Positions 1 to 9,443 of a DNA stretch of 33,145 nucleotides are shown here, piece after piece. Each line of letters starts with the position of its first letter. Position 1 is the stretch's first letter. The DNA comes from an uncultured Thermoproteales archaeon (GTDB taxonomy: Archaea > Thermoproteota > Thermoprotei > Thermoproteales > B15-G16): assembly GCA_964647155.1 (NCBI GenBank), contig CAZYGV010000001.1:1-33145 (forward strand). Reading direction: 5' to 3'. The position numbers were made by a program, and so were the translations under genes. Under the pieces are notes generated by a model, which was not told where the DNA came from, did no database searches, and saw nothing but the letters and a program-made list of their open reading frames with translations.

Positions 1-98
1 TGCTAGGACTATACATTGACACTGGTGGCTTCGTAATCGATAAAGAGCTACTCGAGAAGCTAGGCATTGAGAAGCTAGTTGAGCAAGGATACAGATAG
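1..98 (+). CDS. 3' end of a CDS truncated by the window edge; product unknown (position suggests an upstream member of the ABC-transporter operon)
   Basis: The frame starting at nt 3 is open to TAG at 96-98 (LGLYIDTGGFVIDKELLEKLGIEKLVEQGYR*). T-tracts follow. Absent from the ORF track because no start lies in the window. Confidence 0.4.
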   Translation, partial: LGLYIDTGGFVIDKELLEKLGIEKLVEQGYR

Positions 99-115
99 CC
101 GTGAAACTAATTCCC

Positions 116-140
116 TGTTTTTACCTTTTTACCCCTTTTC
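116..140 (+). terminator. Oligo-T tracts, archaeal-type terminator candidate
   Basis: T5 at 118-122, T5 at 126-130 and T4 at 136-139, directly after the stop at 96-98. Confidence 0.4.
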
Positions 141-216
141 CTGTTGATTATCAAGTATATTTACACACGAGAAGTGTTATATAGGGGAGTATATTGTTCG
201 GTTTGAGGGATTAGTT

Positions 217-1020
217 ATGGTTAGAGAAACTGAGTACTTGGTATTTACTAAGAACCTTGTTAAGAGATTTGGTGATGTTGTTGCCTTAAAGGGTGTTAAC
301 TTTAGAGTTGGATACAATGAGGTTGTTGGTCTCGTTGGTGATAACGGTGCTGGTAAATCAACGCTAGCTAAGATACTGGCGGGAATCTATGTTCCAGATG
401 AGGGTGAGATCTACGTTAAGGGTCAGAGATTTCGTAGATTGACCCCTCAGAAAGCTCGTGAACTGGGTATTGAGCTTGTACATCAGGAAAGAACTCTTGC
501 AGAAGACCACCCCATTTGGAGAAATATCTTCATGGGTAGAGAGATCACAGGACCATTAGGCTTTCTCAGGATTAAGGAGATGAAGGCAGCTGCTGAGAAG
601 CTACTCAATGAAATTGGTCTCAAAGCTATACCACCTGATACGCCAGTAAAGTTCCTGTCAGGTGGTTATAAGCAAGGTGTTCAGATAGCTAGAGCTGTGC
701 AATTTGAAGCTGATTTAGTAATACTTGATGAGCCAACAATACAGCTATCGATATCTGAAGTGCATAGAGTTCTGGAGTACGTTCATGGACTGAAGAAGAA
801 GGGTAAGTCCTGCGTTTTCATAACCCACAACATATATCACGTATATCCTGTAGCCGATAGATTTGTCATCCTAGATAGAGGTAGGATAGTCGCTGAGTTC
901 AGGAAGGTAGATGTCACACCTGAAGACCTAACGCATATATTGGTTTCAATAGCTAGAACAGGTACTATACCTGAGAAGTATGAAAAGATAAATCTGTTGA
1001 ACGTTGCAAGTAGCAGTTAG
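217..1020 (+). CDS. ABC transporter ATP-binding protein (sugar-type, single NBD)
   Basis: Walker A GDNGAGKST, signature LSGGYKQ, Walker B LVILDEPT, H-loop ITHN. ATG start. A TATA-like TTATATAG lies about 35 nt upstream. Confidence 0.9.
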   Translation: MVRETEYLVFTKNLVKRFGDVVALKGVNFRVGYNEVVGLVGDNGAGKSTLAKILAGIYVPDEGEIYVKGQRFRRLTPQKARELGIELVHQERTLAEDHPIWRNIFMGREITGPLGFLRIKEMKAAAEKLLNEIGLKAIPPDTPVKFLSGGYKQGVQIARAVQFEADLVILDEPTIQLSISEVHRVLEYVHGLKKKGKSCVFITHNIYHVYPVADRFVILDRGRIVAEFRKVDVTPEDLTHILVSIARTGTIPEKYEKINLLNVASSS

Positions 1021-2051
1021 TGGAGGTTGGTAATATGGTTAGTGAAAGTAGAGGGAGCATTGTATTCAACATACTGACGACACTGTGGACCAGATACAGA
1101 TTGCAAACAACTGTCTTCACTATATTCTGCGGTCTATGGCTTATCTTCTACGCTATTAGTCCATCATCCTTTGCTAGACCGTTTACGTACACAGCAATAC
1201 TCTCTGTTGCACCATTCACGATAATACCAGCACTCAGCTTAACCTACGTAATCATAACAGGTGAGATGGACCTCTCATTTCCTTCCATAATGGCTTTAGG
1301 TGCTTGGGTATTGACAGTTACATGGCATGCCTTTGGCCCAACACCATTAGGTTTGATTCTAGCATTACTAGCTGGTTTAATGGCTGGCCTCATAAATGGT
1401 GTCTTAGTAACTAAGTGCCACATACCATCACTCATAGCCACCATAGGCACTATGTTTGTATGGCGAGGATTCGTGTTGATAGCTACTGGTGGCTTCAGCA
1501 TACCAATTGGTATGTGGAGAGGAACTCCAATATATCAAGCTCTTGTCGGTAGATTCGGAGGAATTCCAATTCAGATTGTGTGGGCTGCAGTCATAGCGAT
1601 AATTCTGTGGATATTCTTAAACCTGCATAAGTTCGGTGCACACGTTTACTATACAGGAGACAATAGGATAGCTGCTCAGATGTTAGGTATAAACACGGAT
1701 AGAGTCATCATAACGGTGTTCATGATACATGGAATGCTCTCAGCATTCGCTGGTGTACTGGTAGCTCTTGAAATGGGATCTTTCTGGCCAGCTCTAGGCG
1801 AGATCTATCTACTAGAGTCAATAGCGGCAGTTGTCGTTGGTGGTACACCAATAACTGGTGGTACAGGGACTATATTCGGTACTTTCATCGGTGGATTAAT
1901 ACTGAAGTGGATTGAGACAGGTATTCTAGCTGTTGGCGTCACTGGATTCTGGATAAAGCTAGTCTACGGTCTTGTGATAATAATTGCCTTGATAGCACAG
2001 GTAATCATTAGAAAGCGTGAAATTAGGAGACTGAAGATCATTGGTGCGTAG
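1020..2051 (+). CDS. ABC transporter permease (RbsC/BPD_transp_2-like)
   Basis: Polytopic membrane protein with a GEMDLSFPS motif resembling the RbsC-type GIDLS motif. The track start is a GTG overlapping the upstream TAG. ATG at 1035, preceded by GGAGGT (1023-1028), is the more likely start. Confidence 0.85.
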   Translation: MEVGNMVSESRGSIVFNILTTLWTRYRLQTTVFTIFCGLWLIFYAISPSSFARPFTYTAILSVAPFTIIPALSLTYVIITGEMDLSFPSIMALGAWVLTVTWHAFGPTPLGLILALLAGLMAGLINGVLVTKCHIPSLIATIGTMFVWRGFVLIATGGFSIPIGMWRGTPIYQALVGRFGGIPIQIVWAAVIAIILWIFLNLHKFGAHVYYTGDNRIAAQMLGINTDRVIITVFMIHGMLSAFAGVLVALEMGSFWPALGEIYLLESIAAVVVGGTPITGGTGTIFGTFIGGLILKWIETGILAVGVTGFWIKLVYGLVIIIALIAQVIIRKREIRRLKIIGA

Positions 2052-2053
2052 TA

Positions 2054-2767
2054 CTAAGTTAGCTTAAATTTCTTGACCTCACTACCATCAACTTTCTTTA
2101 GCGTAACTTCAGCACCCCTAATAACGACATACCCTCTATGCTCATTTGGCTCTATATCAATTATTGACCCCCTCAATCCAGCTCCCTCATAGTTGATGTC
2201 TTCAGCTAGAAGACCGGAGTGAATAATTCTGTACTCAGGATCTATGTGTAAGATCTGTGTATGGCCAATAATCCACCAAGCTCCCTTCCTTAATCTCCCC
2301 TCTCTCTCCTCTAGATCTCTAGCTTTCCTTGTGGCATTGACTATGGCCTCAAAGGTGGTTGAGTACTTCCGGTAATACTCATTGAAGATTACGTTGAATT
2401 GCCTGTGTCCATGCTCAAATACGAGTACCGTGCTCTCAATACTTATTACCTTAATCGGTACAATCTCGATGCTAATTGCTTTACCACCTAGCTCATCAAT
2501 TATCTTCCTTCTGTAGAGTAGTACTCCATCATCTCTTGCACCGACAATGTATATTACCCTACTCGTGCCAACTCTTCTACCATACCTAATGACCTTACCT
2601 AGTACTGAAGCTACTTCACTGATCCTAGCTCTATCCTCTTTATGGAATCTAGCTAGGAAGTCACCTAGTATTACAAGTGTTGTACATCGTTCTCTTTCGA
2701 GAAGTTCCTTAAGTAGTTCAATTGGTGTTCGAGGATACCTAAAGTCTCCAATAATTACGAAGCTCAA
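2054..2767 (-). CDS. Metallophosphoesterase-like protein with degenerate motifs
   Basis: Calcineurin-like motif order: IIGDF / LGDFLAR / VGARDDG / EHGH / IGHTQ. The canonical DxH and GNHE motifs are not intact. TTG start. Confidence 0.5.
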   Translation of the reverse strand: MSFVIIGDFRYPRTPIELLKELLERERCTTLVILGDFLARFHKEDRARISEVASVLGKVIRYGRRVGTSRVIYIVGARDDGVLLYRRKIIDELGGKAISIEIVPIKVISIESTVLVFEHGHRQFNVIFNEYYRKYSTTFEAIVNATRKARDLEEREGRLRKGAWWIIGHTQILHIDPEYRIIHSGLLAEDINYEGAGLRGSIIDIEPNEHRGYVVIRGAEVTLKKVDGSEVKKFKLT

Positions 2768-2894
2768 GTACTACACCTTTTCAATGTAGCAGGGTGTAGA
2801 AGTTATTAAAATACTGTACGTTAAGGTTCTTTATCTTGGTGAGATTACGGAGATTACAGGTGTATTTATTGAAGCTTCGTGGAGACATGTTGAT

Positions 2895-3872
2895 TTGAGT
2901 GCTTTAGCGTGCAAAAACACTATTCCTAGGCTCGTATTTGCTAGTTCCGGTAGTGAGGTTAGTGAGGTGGAGGTTCCGGTAGGTTCATATATTGAGCTTA
3001 GGTACCTTGGTCGTAGGTTCTGTAGTAGATTTGTTCGAGGTAGGTACTGTCTAAATCCTCTGACTAGAGTTCGTACTGAAGCGCTTCCTTGGTGTGATAG
3101 GTGTCTTAATGAGATTCCTAGTATAAAGTGTGTTTTGGGTGATCCTCAGTGTAGTGAGGAGGAGGCTCCAAAGTCGAGGAAGTGCGTCAATAGTGGTATC
3201 TTTGAGGAGAGATGTAGAGTCCCTAGGTACCACTATGTCTTGATATACCCTATATCCCCAACCTCTGTGTACCTTAAGGTTGGTATCAATAGGGAAACAA
3301 CATTTCCTACTAGAGTACTTGAGCAAGGTGCACCCATTGCTGTTGTGTACGCTAAGACACCAAATGTGTGGAAGGGTAGAGTTCTTGAGCTTAGTTCTAG
3401 AGAGGTTTTGAGGAAGTTAGAGGGTAGATCTATTGCTGAGGGTATTCGTATTGCTCATGCTAGTGAAGTTAAGAAGACTCTAAGTGTTGTCTCTACATCG
3501 CTCAAGTACCTAGGATTGCAGACGTACTCCCTAGATACTTTCCTACTTGGTGGTACTGAGACTAGTAATTTATTGGATAAACTAGTTAATGTTGGTAAAG
3601 CGGTATGTAAGTACTTAGTGGAGCAATTTCGTGAATTTGCTCTGGAGAATCCACTTGTACTTAATCTCTGGAGTAACGTCTATCCCATTGATCGAAGTAA
3701 GTTATCTGGTAACTTCGTTGCTGTTGATAGTGTTGAGAAAATTTCTTCACTTGAGGGTGAAGTAGTTGGTTGGGCAGGCTCAGTTATGTTGTTGAGATGT
3801 GGAGGTACTCTCTACCTACTTAACTTCCATAGGTTCTCTGGGTCGTTACTTAGGTTGCGAATTACTCAATGA
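2895..3872 (+). CDS. Hypothetical Cys-rich protein
   Basis: 325-aa ORF with host-like T/G-ending codons. The N-terminal third carries several Cys pairs (WCDRC, C..C). Central [21 protein letters not shown] segment. TTG start, so the start is uncertain. Overlaps the rps8e 3' end by 11 nt (convergent). Confidence 0.5.
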   Translation: MSALACKNTIPRLVFASSGSEVSEVEVPVGSYIELRYLGRRFCSRFVRGRYCLNPLTRVRTEALPWCDRCLNEIPSIKCVLGDPQCSEEEAPKSRKCVNSGIFEERCRVPRYHYVLIYPISPTSVYLKVGINRETTFPTRVLEQGAPIAVVYAKTPNVWKGRVLELSSREVLRKLEGRSIAEGIRIAHASEVKKTLSVVSTSLKYLGLQTYSLDTFLLGGTETSNLLDKLVNVGKAVCKYLVEQFREFALENPLVLNLWSNVYPIDRSKLSGNFVAVDSVEKISSLEGEVVGWAGSVMLLRCGGTLYLLNFHRFSGSLLRLRITQ

Positions 3873-4260
3873 GAACAGCGTTAACTACTCCATCTTGTCC
3901 TGGACGAGAGGTTACTCTCGCTTTGCCTACCTCAGTCTCTATGATTGCTCCTTTCGTCACTATACCTCTCCTAGCGTACTCTCTATTAGCTGGATTCTCG
4001 AGAACTCTGATGATTCTAGCTTTTACACATTTCTTCTGTGATGGTATATAGACGTTAGCGTAAGCTACTGTCTTCAGCTTTAGCTTGATATTTCCGCCGA
4101 ATGTTCTTTCGACCTTTAATCTATTTTCGGAACCGATCTTGGTCTCTGTAGGTGGTCCACCACAGAGACACTTTGGCTTGATCTTCTTGTGTCTACCCTT
4201 AATTCCACCAGATGGTTTTCTCAAGTCGTTACCCTGGAAGTAGGATGCTAACTTAGCCAT
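3862..4260 (-). CDS. rps8e: 30S ribosomal protein S8e
   Basis: [30 protein letters not shown]...[19 protein letters not shown] is a typical archaeal S8e sequence and length (132 aa). Confidence 0.95.
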   Translation of the reverse strand: MAKLASYFQGNDLRKPSGGIKGRHKKIKPKCLCGGPPTETKIGSENRLKVERTFGGNIKLKLKTVAYANVYIPSQKKCVKARIIRVLENPANREYARRGIVTKGAIIETEVGKARVTSRPGQDGVVNAVLIE

Positions 4261-4322
4261 GTACCTACCCTACCTCAAGCTCTAGCTGGGTACTTGGTTC
4301 TCTAGGGGTTTTAATCATTTCC

Positions 4323-5006
4323 CTACTTCACAGGTCTTTCTAACTTCTCTCGGATTAGGTACCTAACGTAATTGAGTAAATCACGAGAAAGTACCTGTCT
4401 ACTCCTCAAGCAGATGAATACAGCATTACTCAGTAGATTCACTATGTGCTCTATCTGTGGGTATGTGCTGATGTGCTTGGTTATAGATCCATACTCCTCA
4501 AGTATTATCTGGTGTATGAGTGCTTCAGCTACGTACTGCGCAATTTCTCTCATATTAACTAAGTTACCGCCTGAGATTCCAATACCAATACACCTTCCAT
4601 CTACATAAGCTACCTCTAGGGTACGTTCATCGAGGACATTTAAGTGTATGTAGTGAAGCGGATAGAGACGACAACTTAGTGGTCTAACACTGTATACACA
4701 GCATGATGGTATGCCACGTGTAGTTCTCAATAGGATACAGTACTCGTCATGTCTTAGCTTAACTACTTCACCTCCAAGTACCTCCTCAACTATGCAATAC
4801 TTCTCAATGAACTTTTCTGGGTTTATCTCAAGGAAAGTACTTATGCGGTATATATCTCCGAGAGTTAGATTTGGGCTATATTCTCTACAGCAGAATCCAC
4901 ATCTCATGCACTGGAATGGTACGTAGTCACTTAGTAGAACTCTTCTAAATCCCTGTAATCTATGTAGCTTATCCATGAGAATAATCTGTTCCGTTGTGTA
5001 GTACAT
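4323..5006 (-). CDS. YkgJ/UPF0153-type CxxCxxCC cysteine-cluster protein
   Basis: FQCMRCGFCCREY motif near the N-terminus plus further conserved Cys. 227 aa. Confidence 0.65.
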   Translation of the reverse strand: MYYTTEQIILMDKLHRLQGFRRVLLSDYVPFQCMRCGFCCREYSPNLTLGDIYRISTFLEINPEKFIEKYCIVEEVLGGEVVKLRHDEYCILLRTTRGIPSCCVYSVRPLSCRLYPLHYIHLNVLDERTLEVAYVDGRCIGIGISGGNLVNMREIAQYVAEALIHQIILEEYGSITKHISTYPQIEHIVNLLSNAVFICLRSRQVLSRDLLNYVRYLIREKLERPVK

Positions 5007-5095
5007 CTCATACTCCTCACAATGTCCTAGTTACCTCTCATTAGGTTAGAGCTAAATTATACCTTACGTTACGTAGCTATTGGTGGTGTTTAGTT

Positions 5096-6388
5096 TTGAG
5101 TGAGAAACCTAGATGGTTACAGATTTTCGAGGAAATTAAGGAGTTTCTAGATAGATACGATCCAGAGCGTAGATTCTCATTTACCGGTGATCTACATGAG
5201 AAATTCATGAAGTTAAGAGAGGATTTTAGGACAGAGTACGTGATGTCTTACGTAGGTAGCGAGCTTGATAAGGCAAGTGAATGGGTTCAACAGCTCTGTC
5301 GTAGGATTGAGGAGGTTAGTGAGCTTTTTGGGTTGCCCACAGTATTGCTTTCTAAGGAGCTTAAGAGTTTCGTTGAGAATCCATTAGCTCACTTGAAGAG
5401 TAAGATATTCAATTACATGTACGATCTCTTCAGAGGTAAGGTGACACCTGAAGAATTTGATAGAGTAGCATCAGCAGCTATCAGAACTAGTCTACGCACT
5501 AACTTAAGGACCGTGTACCAGGACTGGGTTTTCCTGACTTTGCTGAAACTTCTTGGTGAGAGAGGAGGTAAGTTAGTGTATCCTGAACATCGTGCTCTCT
5601 CGCTTGAGAGACATGGTAAGCAGAAAGCTGGTTGGATACCACCTAATGCAATCATTAGGTTTGAGGATGGTAGAGCACTTAGCTTCTTCCTAGAAGCTCC
5701 TAGACCTATTGGATGGGAGGATACCGAGGATCTAGTTAGAGCTTGGAAGCTCTATGTCGCGCTTAGACCTGATATGATGCTGTACTCAGGTGAAGTGCAC
5801 AACATAATTCAGCTAGATAGTGATCCACCAATCAAGAGACCCAGCGTAATTATTGAATGTAAGGAACTTGATGACTGGTACGTAAGGGTTAGATACATTA
5901 GAGGTCCATTTGCTAAACCACTAACTGCTGAGGAGTGGCGCTCTAAGTGGCTTAGAGGCCTCTGGGATGGTTTAGCTGATGTACTCGGTATTCAACGTAG
6001 TGAAGTTGTTAAGCATGTTGAGGAGAAGAAGTCACTTAAGCTGAGTGATCAGCAGATAGTTGCTCTTTACAAATCTGTTTACAGACCTGATAGAATGTTT
6101 GTAATTTCTAGAGCTAGAGTACCTAGTTTTGTGAAGTCGAATCTGGAGAACTACGGTATCATTGTCATTGATGATGTAATGTTTGATGAGAACAAGCTTG
6201 AAGAGCTTGCTGATTACCTACATCGTGAAGTAGCCAAGGTGAGTACAGGTAGGCCTGTTCTTGAGATGGATGAGGAGCTATATGACTTAGTAATGAGGGT
6301 TTGGAGGGAGTTGGAGAGTAAGTTAGGTAGGAGGTTGAGTTTGAGTGAAGCTCTGAAGTATGTTTTGAAGAGTTTCCTAAGTACGTAG
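5096..6388 (+). CDS. Hypothetical protein with a PD-(D/E)xK-like motif
   Basis: 430-aa ORF with host-like codon usage. RPDMMLY ... SVIIECKEL matches the D...(D/E)xK pattern of restriction-endonuclease-fold proteins. TTG start. TAAATTATA about 35 nt upstream. Confidence 0.6.
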   Translation: MSEKPRWLQIFEEIKEFLDRYDPERRFSFTGDLHEKFMKLREDFRTEYVMSYVGSELDKASEWVQQLCRRIEEVSELFGLPTVLLSKELKSFVENPLAHLKSKIFNYMYDLFRGKVTPEEFDRVASAAIRTSLRTNLRTVYQDWVFLTLLKLLGERGGKLVYPEHRALSLERHGKQKAGWIPPNAIIRFEDGRALSFFLEAPRPIGWEDTEDLVRAWKLYVALRPDMMLYSGEVHNIIQLDSDPPIKRPSVIIECKELDDWYVRVRYIRGPFAKPLTAEEWRSKWLRGLWDGLADVLGIQRSEVVKHVEEKKSLKLSDQQIVALYKSVYRPDRMFVISRARVPSFVKSNLENYGIIVIDDVMFDENKLEELADYLHREVAKVSTGRPVLEMDEELYDLVMRVWRELESKLGRRLSLSEALKYVLKSFLST

Positions 6389-6437
6389 ATCCTTAGTGAG
6401 GACTTATTTGTAGGAATTTCGTAGTGGTATGTGTCCT

Positions 6438-6497
6438 GTGATGAACCTGTGAGGTGCGGGGCCCTTATGATTTGGTGATTGAAAGGCCCGTTGCTGA
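6438..6497 (+). ncRNA. Weak box C/D sRNA-like unit in the leader of the ECF S-component gene
   Basis: Layout: GTGATGA (6438-6444), 12 nt, CGGG (no proper D'), 14 nt, GTGATTG (6475-6481), 12 nt, CTGA (6494-6497). Flanking CC/GG could form a short terminal stem. CTTATTTG lies 28 nt upstream. The internal boxes are degenerate. Confidence 0.3.
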
Positions 6498-6506
6498 GGT
6501 GATGTC

Positions 6507-7034
6507 ATGAGGTTGACGACTAGCCTTAAGGTAAGTTTGACAGCGCTCATGAGTAGTCTTGCAGCTGCTTTTCAAGTAGCTGGTTTAGAGATACCATTCC
6601 CATTACTTCCCTTCCTTAAGTACGATCCTGTTGGTGTACCAATAATATTGGTATCGCTTATAGTTGGTATCAAGGGTGGTATCGTAGCCGACTTGTTAAC
6701 AGCTGTAGCTATAATGTTCCGTGGTGATATTGTTGGTGCCTGGATGAAGTTCCTAGCTGAATTAACTACATTTGTTCCTTTCACACTAGCTTTTAGAAAG
6801 CTATCCGAATCGAGGATTAGGTACATCGGTAGTACAGCTATTGGCGTCATATCCAGAGTTATGTTGATGAACGTTGCCAACATAGTTGTATGTCCCATAG
6901 TATTTAAGATACCTTTGTCAGTTGCTCTTTCATGGATACCTCTCATCAGTTTCTTCAACGCAACAATAGCGCTCATGTACATACCTGTCAGTCTCTACCT
7001 CTATAAGTTAGCTAAGAAGGTACTTGAAGAATAG
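6507..7034 (+). CDS. ECF transporter S (substrate-capture) component
   Basis: 175-aa membrane protein of about 6 TM. The LKYDPVGVPIIL segment resembles the conserved ECF S-component motif. It ends exactly where the convergent ecfT ends. Confidence 0.65.
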   Translation: MRLTTSLKVSLTALMSSLAAAFQVAGLEIPFPLLPFLKYDPVGVPIILVSLIVGIKGGIVADLLTAVAIMFRGDIVGAWMKFLAELTTFVPFTLAFRKLSESRIRYIGSTAIGVISRVMLMNVANIVVCPIVFKIPLSVALSWIPLISFFNATIALMYIPVSLYLYKLAKKVLEE

Positions 7035-7799
7035 CTATGGTATATGTAGCCTGAACTCTATGAACACTAATGGTATTAGTGGAGCTAGTGTAAGTAATAG
7101 GAAGAGTGCATCACAGTATCTAAGCTTCGGTATATCTCTAAAGCTCTTTACCCTACTCGAAAAATGTCTCAGTTCTAGCACCTCAGCTACGTTGTGTGCT
7201 CTCTCGATGTACCACACTATCAGAGGTGTGAGCATGTTTCTGAGGTAGCTAATCTTTTGTGCTAGTGATGTTCCTTTAAGTGTGTATCCTCTCAGGTTCA
7301 TAGCTTCCTTAACGTGTTGTACGTCCTCGATGGCTGTTGGTACGAACCTTAGTGTCAAGATCACACTCTCTACGATTGATGGTGGAAGACCTAGCTTGTA
7401 GAGTAGGTACCTCATGTGAACTGGTTTAGTAGTACAGAGTAGGAGGACTATGGTGCTTATAGCTATCATGAACTTAAATGCTATCGTACCTACGGTGATT
7501 AGTGCTTTATTGGCCTCAACACCGTGTAGTAGTGTAAGTGATGTGAGGTATATCGTTATGAAAGCTGAAATGATCGGCATCACAGCGATGAGCACTGTAA
7601 GGACTTTCCTCCACACCTTCCCTACAAGCGTCAACGTAGTTGTTACCGCAGCTAGGTAGATCGTAGTCATTGTGTGACCTAGGAACAGCGCTACTATTAG
7701 CGAGATGGTGTAGACTAACTTCACCCTGATATCAAGTCTATGGACTGGCGTATCCAGGTACTCATACACTAAACTTGCTCTTACGTAGTTCAAGAACAT
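7035..7799 (-). CDS. ecfT: ECF transporter transmembrane (T) component
   Basis: CbiQ/EcfT-like polytopic protein placed directly after two ECF ATPase genes. The start may instead be GTG at 7769, which would leave only an 8-nt overlap with the upstream stop. Confidence 0.85.
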   Translation of the reverse strand: MFLNYVRASLVYEYLDTPVHRLDIRVKLVYTISLIVALFLGHTMTTIYLAAVTTTLTLVGKVWRKVLTVLIAVMPIISAFITIYLTSLTLLHGVEANKALITVGTIAFKFMIAISTIVLLLCTTKPVHMRYLLYKLGLPPSIVESVILTLRFVPTAIEDVQHVKEAMNLRGYTLKGTSLAQKISYLRNMLTPLIVWYIERAHNVAEVLELRHFSSRVKSFRDIPKLRYCDALFLLLTLAPLIPLVFIEFRLHIP

Positions 7800-8619
7800 A
7801 CCTCAGATACCTAGCTACGTCCTCAAATCTAAAAGGTCTACCCTTAAGACCAATCACTGCATTCACCTTCTCAACCACCTCAACTATTTGTGGTTTTACG
7901 AGACCATACTTCTCGAGAACTTCACTAGGTAAATACATCACATCTTCAGGTCTTCCCGATAACACAATTTGACCAGCATTCATCAGGTAAATCCTATCTA
8001 CGTCGAGTAACGTCAAAAAGTCCACATCATGAGTAATCACAATTATTGAACCAATTGAAGACTTTAAGCCATTCAATATACTAGCGATTTGCTCCTTACA
8101 ACAGTAATCTAACCCTATTGTTGGTTCGTCAATGATTAATAGCTTTGGATTACGAGCAATAGCCATTGCAATAGCTAATCTCTTTTGCTCACCCCAAGAC
8201 AACCTAAATGGATTTTTATCAAAATAGGTCTCTAGACCAACTACCTCAAGGAGCTTAGCTATGACCTCGTCACTGACTTTCATTCCTAAACTCTCGAGAG
8301 TTGACTTAAGTTCATCTCTTACAGTTACGTTGCAGAAGATGTGTTTTGGATTTTGTGGTACATAACCAATTGACTTCGCTAATTCACTCCAAGACCACTC
8401 TTTGATATCTCTACCAAAGATCCTAACGATACCCTTACTTGGTCTTACCAACCCCATCATGACCTTAGCTAAGGTTGTCTTACCTGAACCATTAGGTCCT
8501 ACAATAGCTACCAGCTCAGCCTCATGTACCTCGACATCAATACCTTTAAGGACATAATCCTGCTCAGGTAAGTACCTAAACCAGACATCACGTAGTACTA
8601 TAACTTCCCCAGAACGCAC
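7762..8619 (-). CDS. ecfA: ECF transporter ATPase component
   Basis: Walker A GPNGSGKTT, LSWGEQKRLAIA, Walker B LLIIDEPTIGLD. GTG start preceded by GGAGGTGG. Confidence 0.9.
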   Translation of the reverse strand: MRSGEVIVLRDVWFRYLPEQDYVLKGIDVEVHEAELVAIVGPNGSGKTTLAKVMMGLVRPSKGIVRIFGRDIKEWSWSELAKSIGYVPQNPKHIFCNVTVRDELKSTLESLGMKVSDEVIAKLLEVVGLETYFDKNPFRLSWGEQKRLAIAMAIARNPKLLIIDEPTIGLDYCCKEQIASILNGLKSSIGSIIVITHDVDFLTLLDVDRIYLMNAGQIVLSGRPEDVMYLPSEVLEKYGLVKPQIVEVVEKVNAVIGLKGRPFRFEDVARYLRYVLELRKSKFSV

Positions 8620-9443
8620 TTAACCACCTCCTTAGCAAAGTCACTAGGATTAAGCGGTACCTTACCTACTCTACCTAAGTACTTCCATAGTTTAACAACA
8701 TATGGATCTCCCACATTAGCTTTCAGTAGGTAGTCACCTTCAAGAGCAGACTCAACATCACCAAAGTACAGTACCTTACCATCGTGAAGTACTATGACCT
8801 TATTGCTATAAGGCATGACTAGTTCGAGTTTATGTTCAGAAATCACCACAGTCACATCATACTCACGATGTATTCTCACAACTTCATTAATAAGCTTCTT
8901 AGATGTCAAGGGGTCTAGCCATGTACTTGGTTCATCTAGGACCAAGATTTCAGGTAATTGAGCTAGTGCAGTAGCTAATACAACTCTTTGCTTTTCACCA
9001 CCTGATAACTCAAATGTTCTTCTATACCTAATACCTTCAAGACCAAGTAACTTAACAACCCACTCAATTCTCTCCATGATGACACTAGGTGGTAAGCCTA
9101 AGTTTTCGAGAGGGTAAGCTAATTCATCCTCTGTTATCAGCATCAGTATCTGAGCTTCTGGATCCTGAAACACGGCAGCGAGTTTACTCGTTATTTCAGC
9201 TAGGTTAGAGGTAGAGACATCGAGACCACACACAGTGACCTTCCCACGTAGTTCACCACCATAGAAGTGAGGTATAAGACCTGTTAAACAGCGAAGCAAA
9301 GTTGTCTTACCTGAACCTGAGTGACCAATCACTAGTACGAAATCCCCTCTCTCAATACTTAGGTTGATACCACGAAGAACCCAATCCCCTCTCTTAGAGT
9401 ACCTATACCAAACATCTTCGAAAGTAATAATTACATCACCCAT
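8598..9443 (-). CDS. ecfA: ECF transporter ATPase component
   Basis: Walker A GHSGSGKTT, LSGGEKQRV, Walker B ILVLDEPSTWLD. Confidence 0.9.
   Translation of the reverse strand: MGDVIITFEDVWYRYSKRGDWVLRGINLSIERGDFVLVIGHSGSGKTTLLRCLTGLIPHFYGGELRGKVTVCGLDVSTSNLAEITSKLAAVFQDPEAQILMLITEDELAYPLENLGLPPSVIMERIEWVVKLLGLEGIRYRRTFELSGGEKQRVVLATALAQLPEILVLDEPSTWLDPLTSKKLINEVVRIHREYDVTVVISEHKLELVMPYSNKVIVLHDGKVLYFGDVESALEGDYLLKANVGDPYVVKLWKYLGRVGKVPLNPSDFAKEVVKCVLGKL

Noticed and set aside
1244-1501. Short ORFs nested antisense or off-frame inside well-supported genes (e.g. 1244-1501, 2547-2789, 3051-3326, 5413-5655, 6572-6982, 11817-12242, 14314-14634, 17948-18403, 19238-19603, 28073-28282)
   Set aside because: Each lies wholly within a longer ORF that has recognisable family motifs. 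The translations are compositionally odd and have no motifs.
2841-2858. Tandem GAGATTACG/GAGATTACA direct repeat, and the 7-bp inverted repeat CTACACC/GGTGTAG (2771-2799), in a divergent promoter region
   Set aside because: They are short and isolated, and I found no second copy elsewhere in the window. They could be operator sites, but the evidence is too thin for a finding.
6389-6506. Riboswitch upstream of the ECF S-component gene
   Set aside because: Only a 5-bp GC stem is visible and I recognise no known riboswitch core. It is kept only as a weak C/D-like or leader element.
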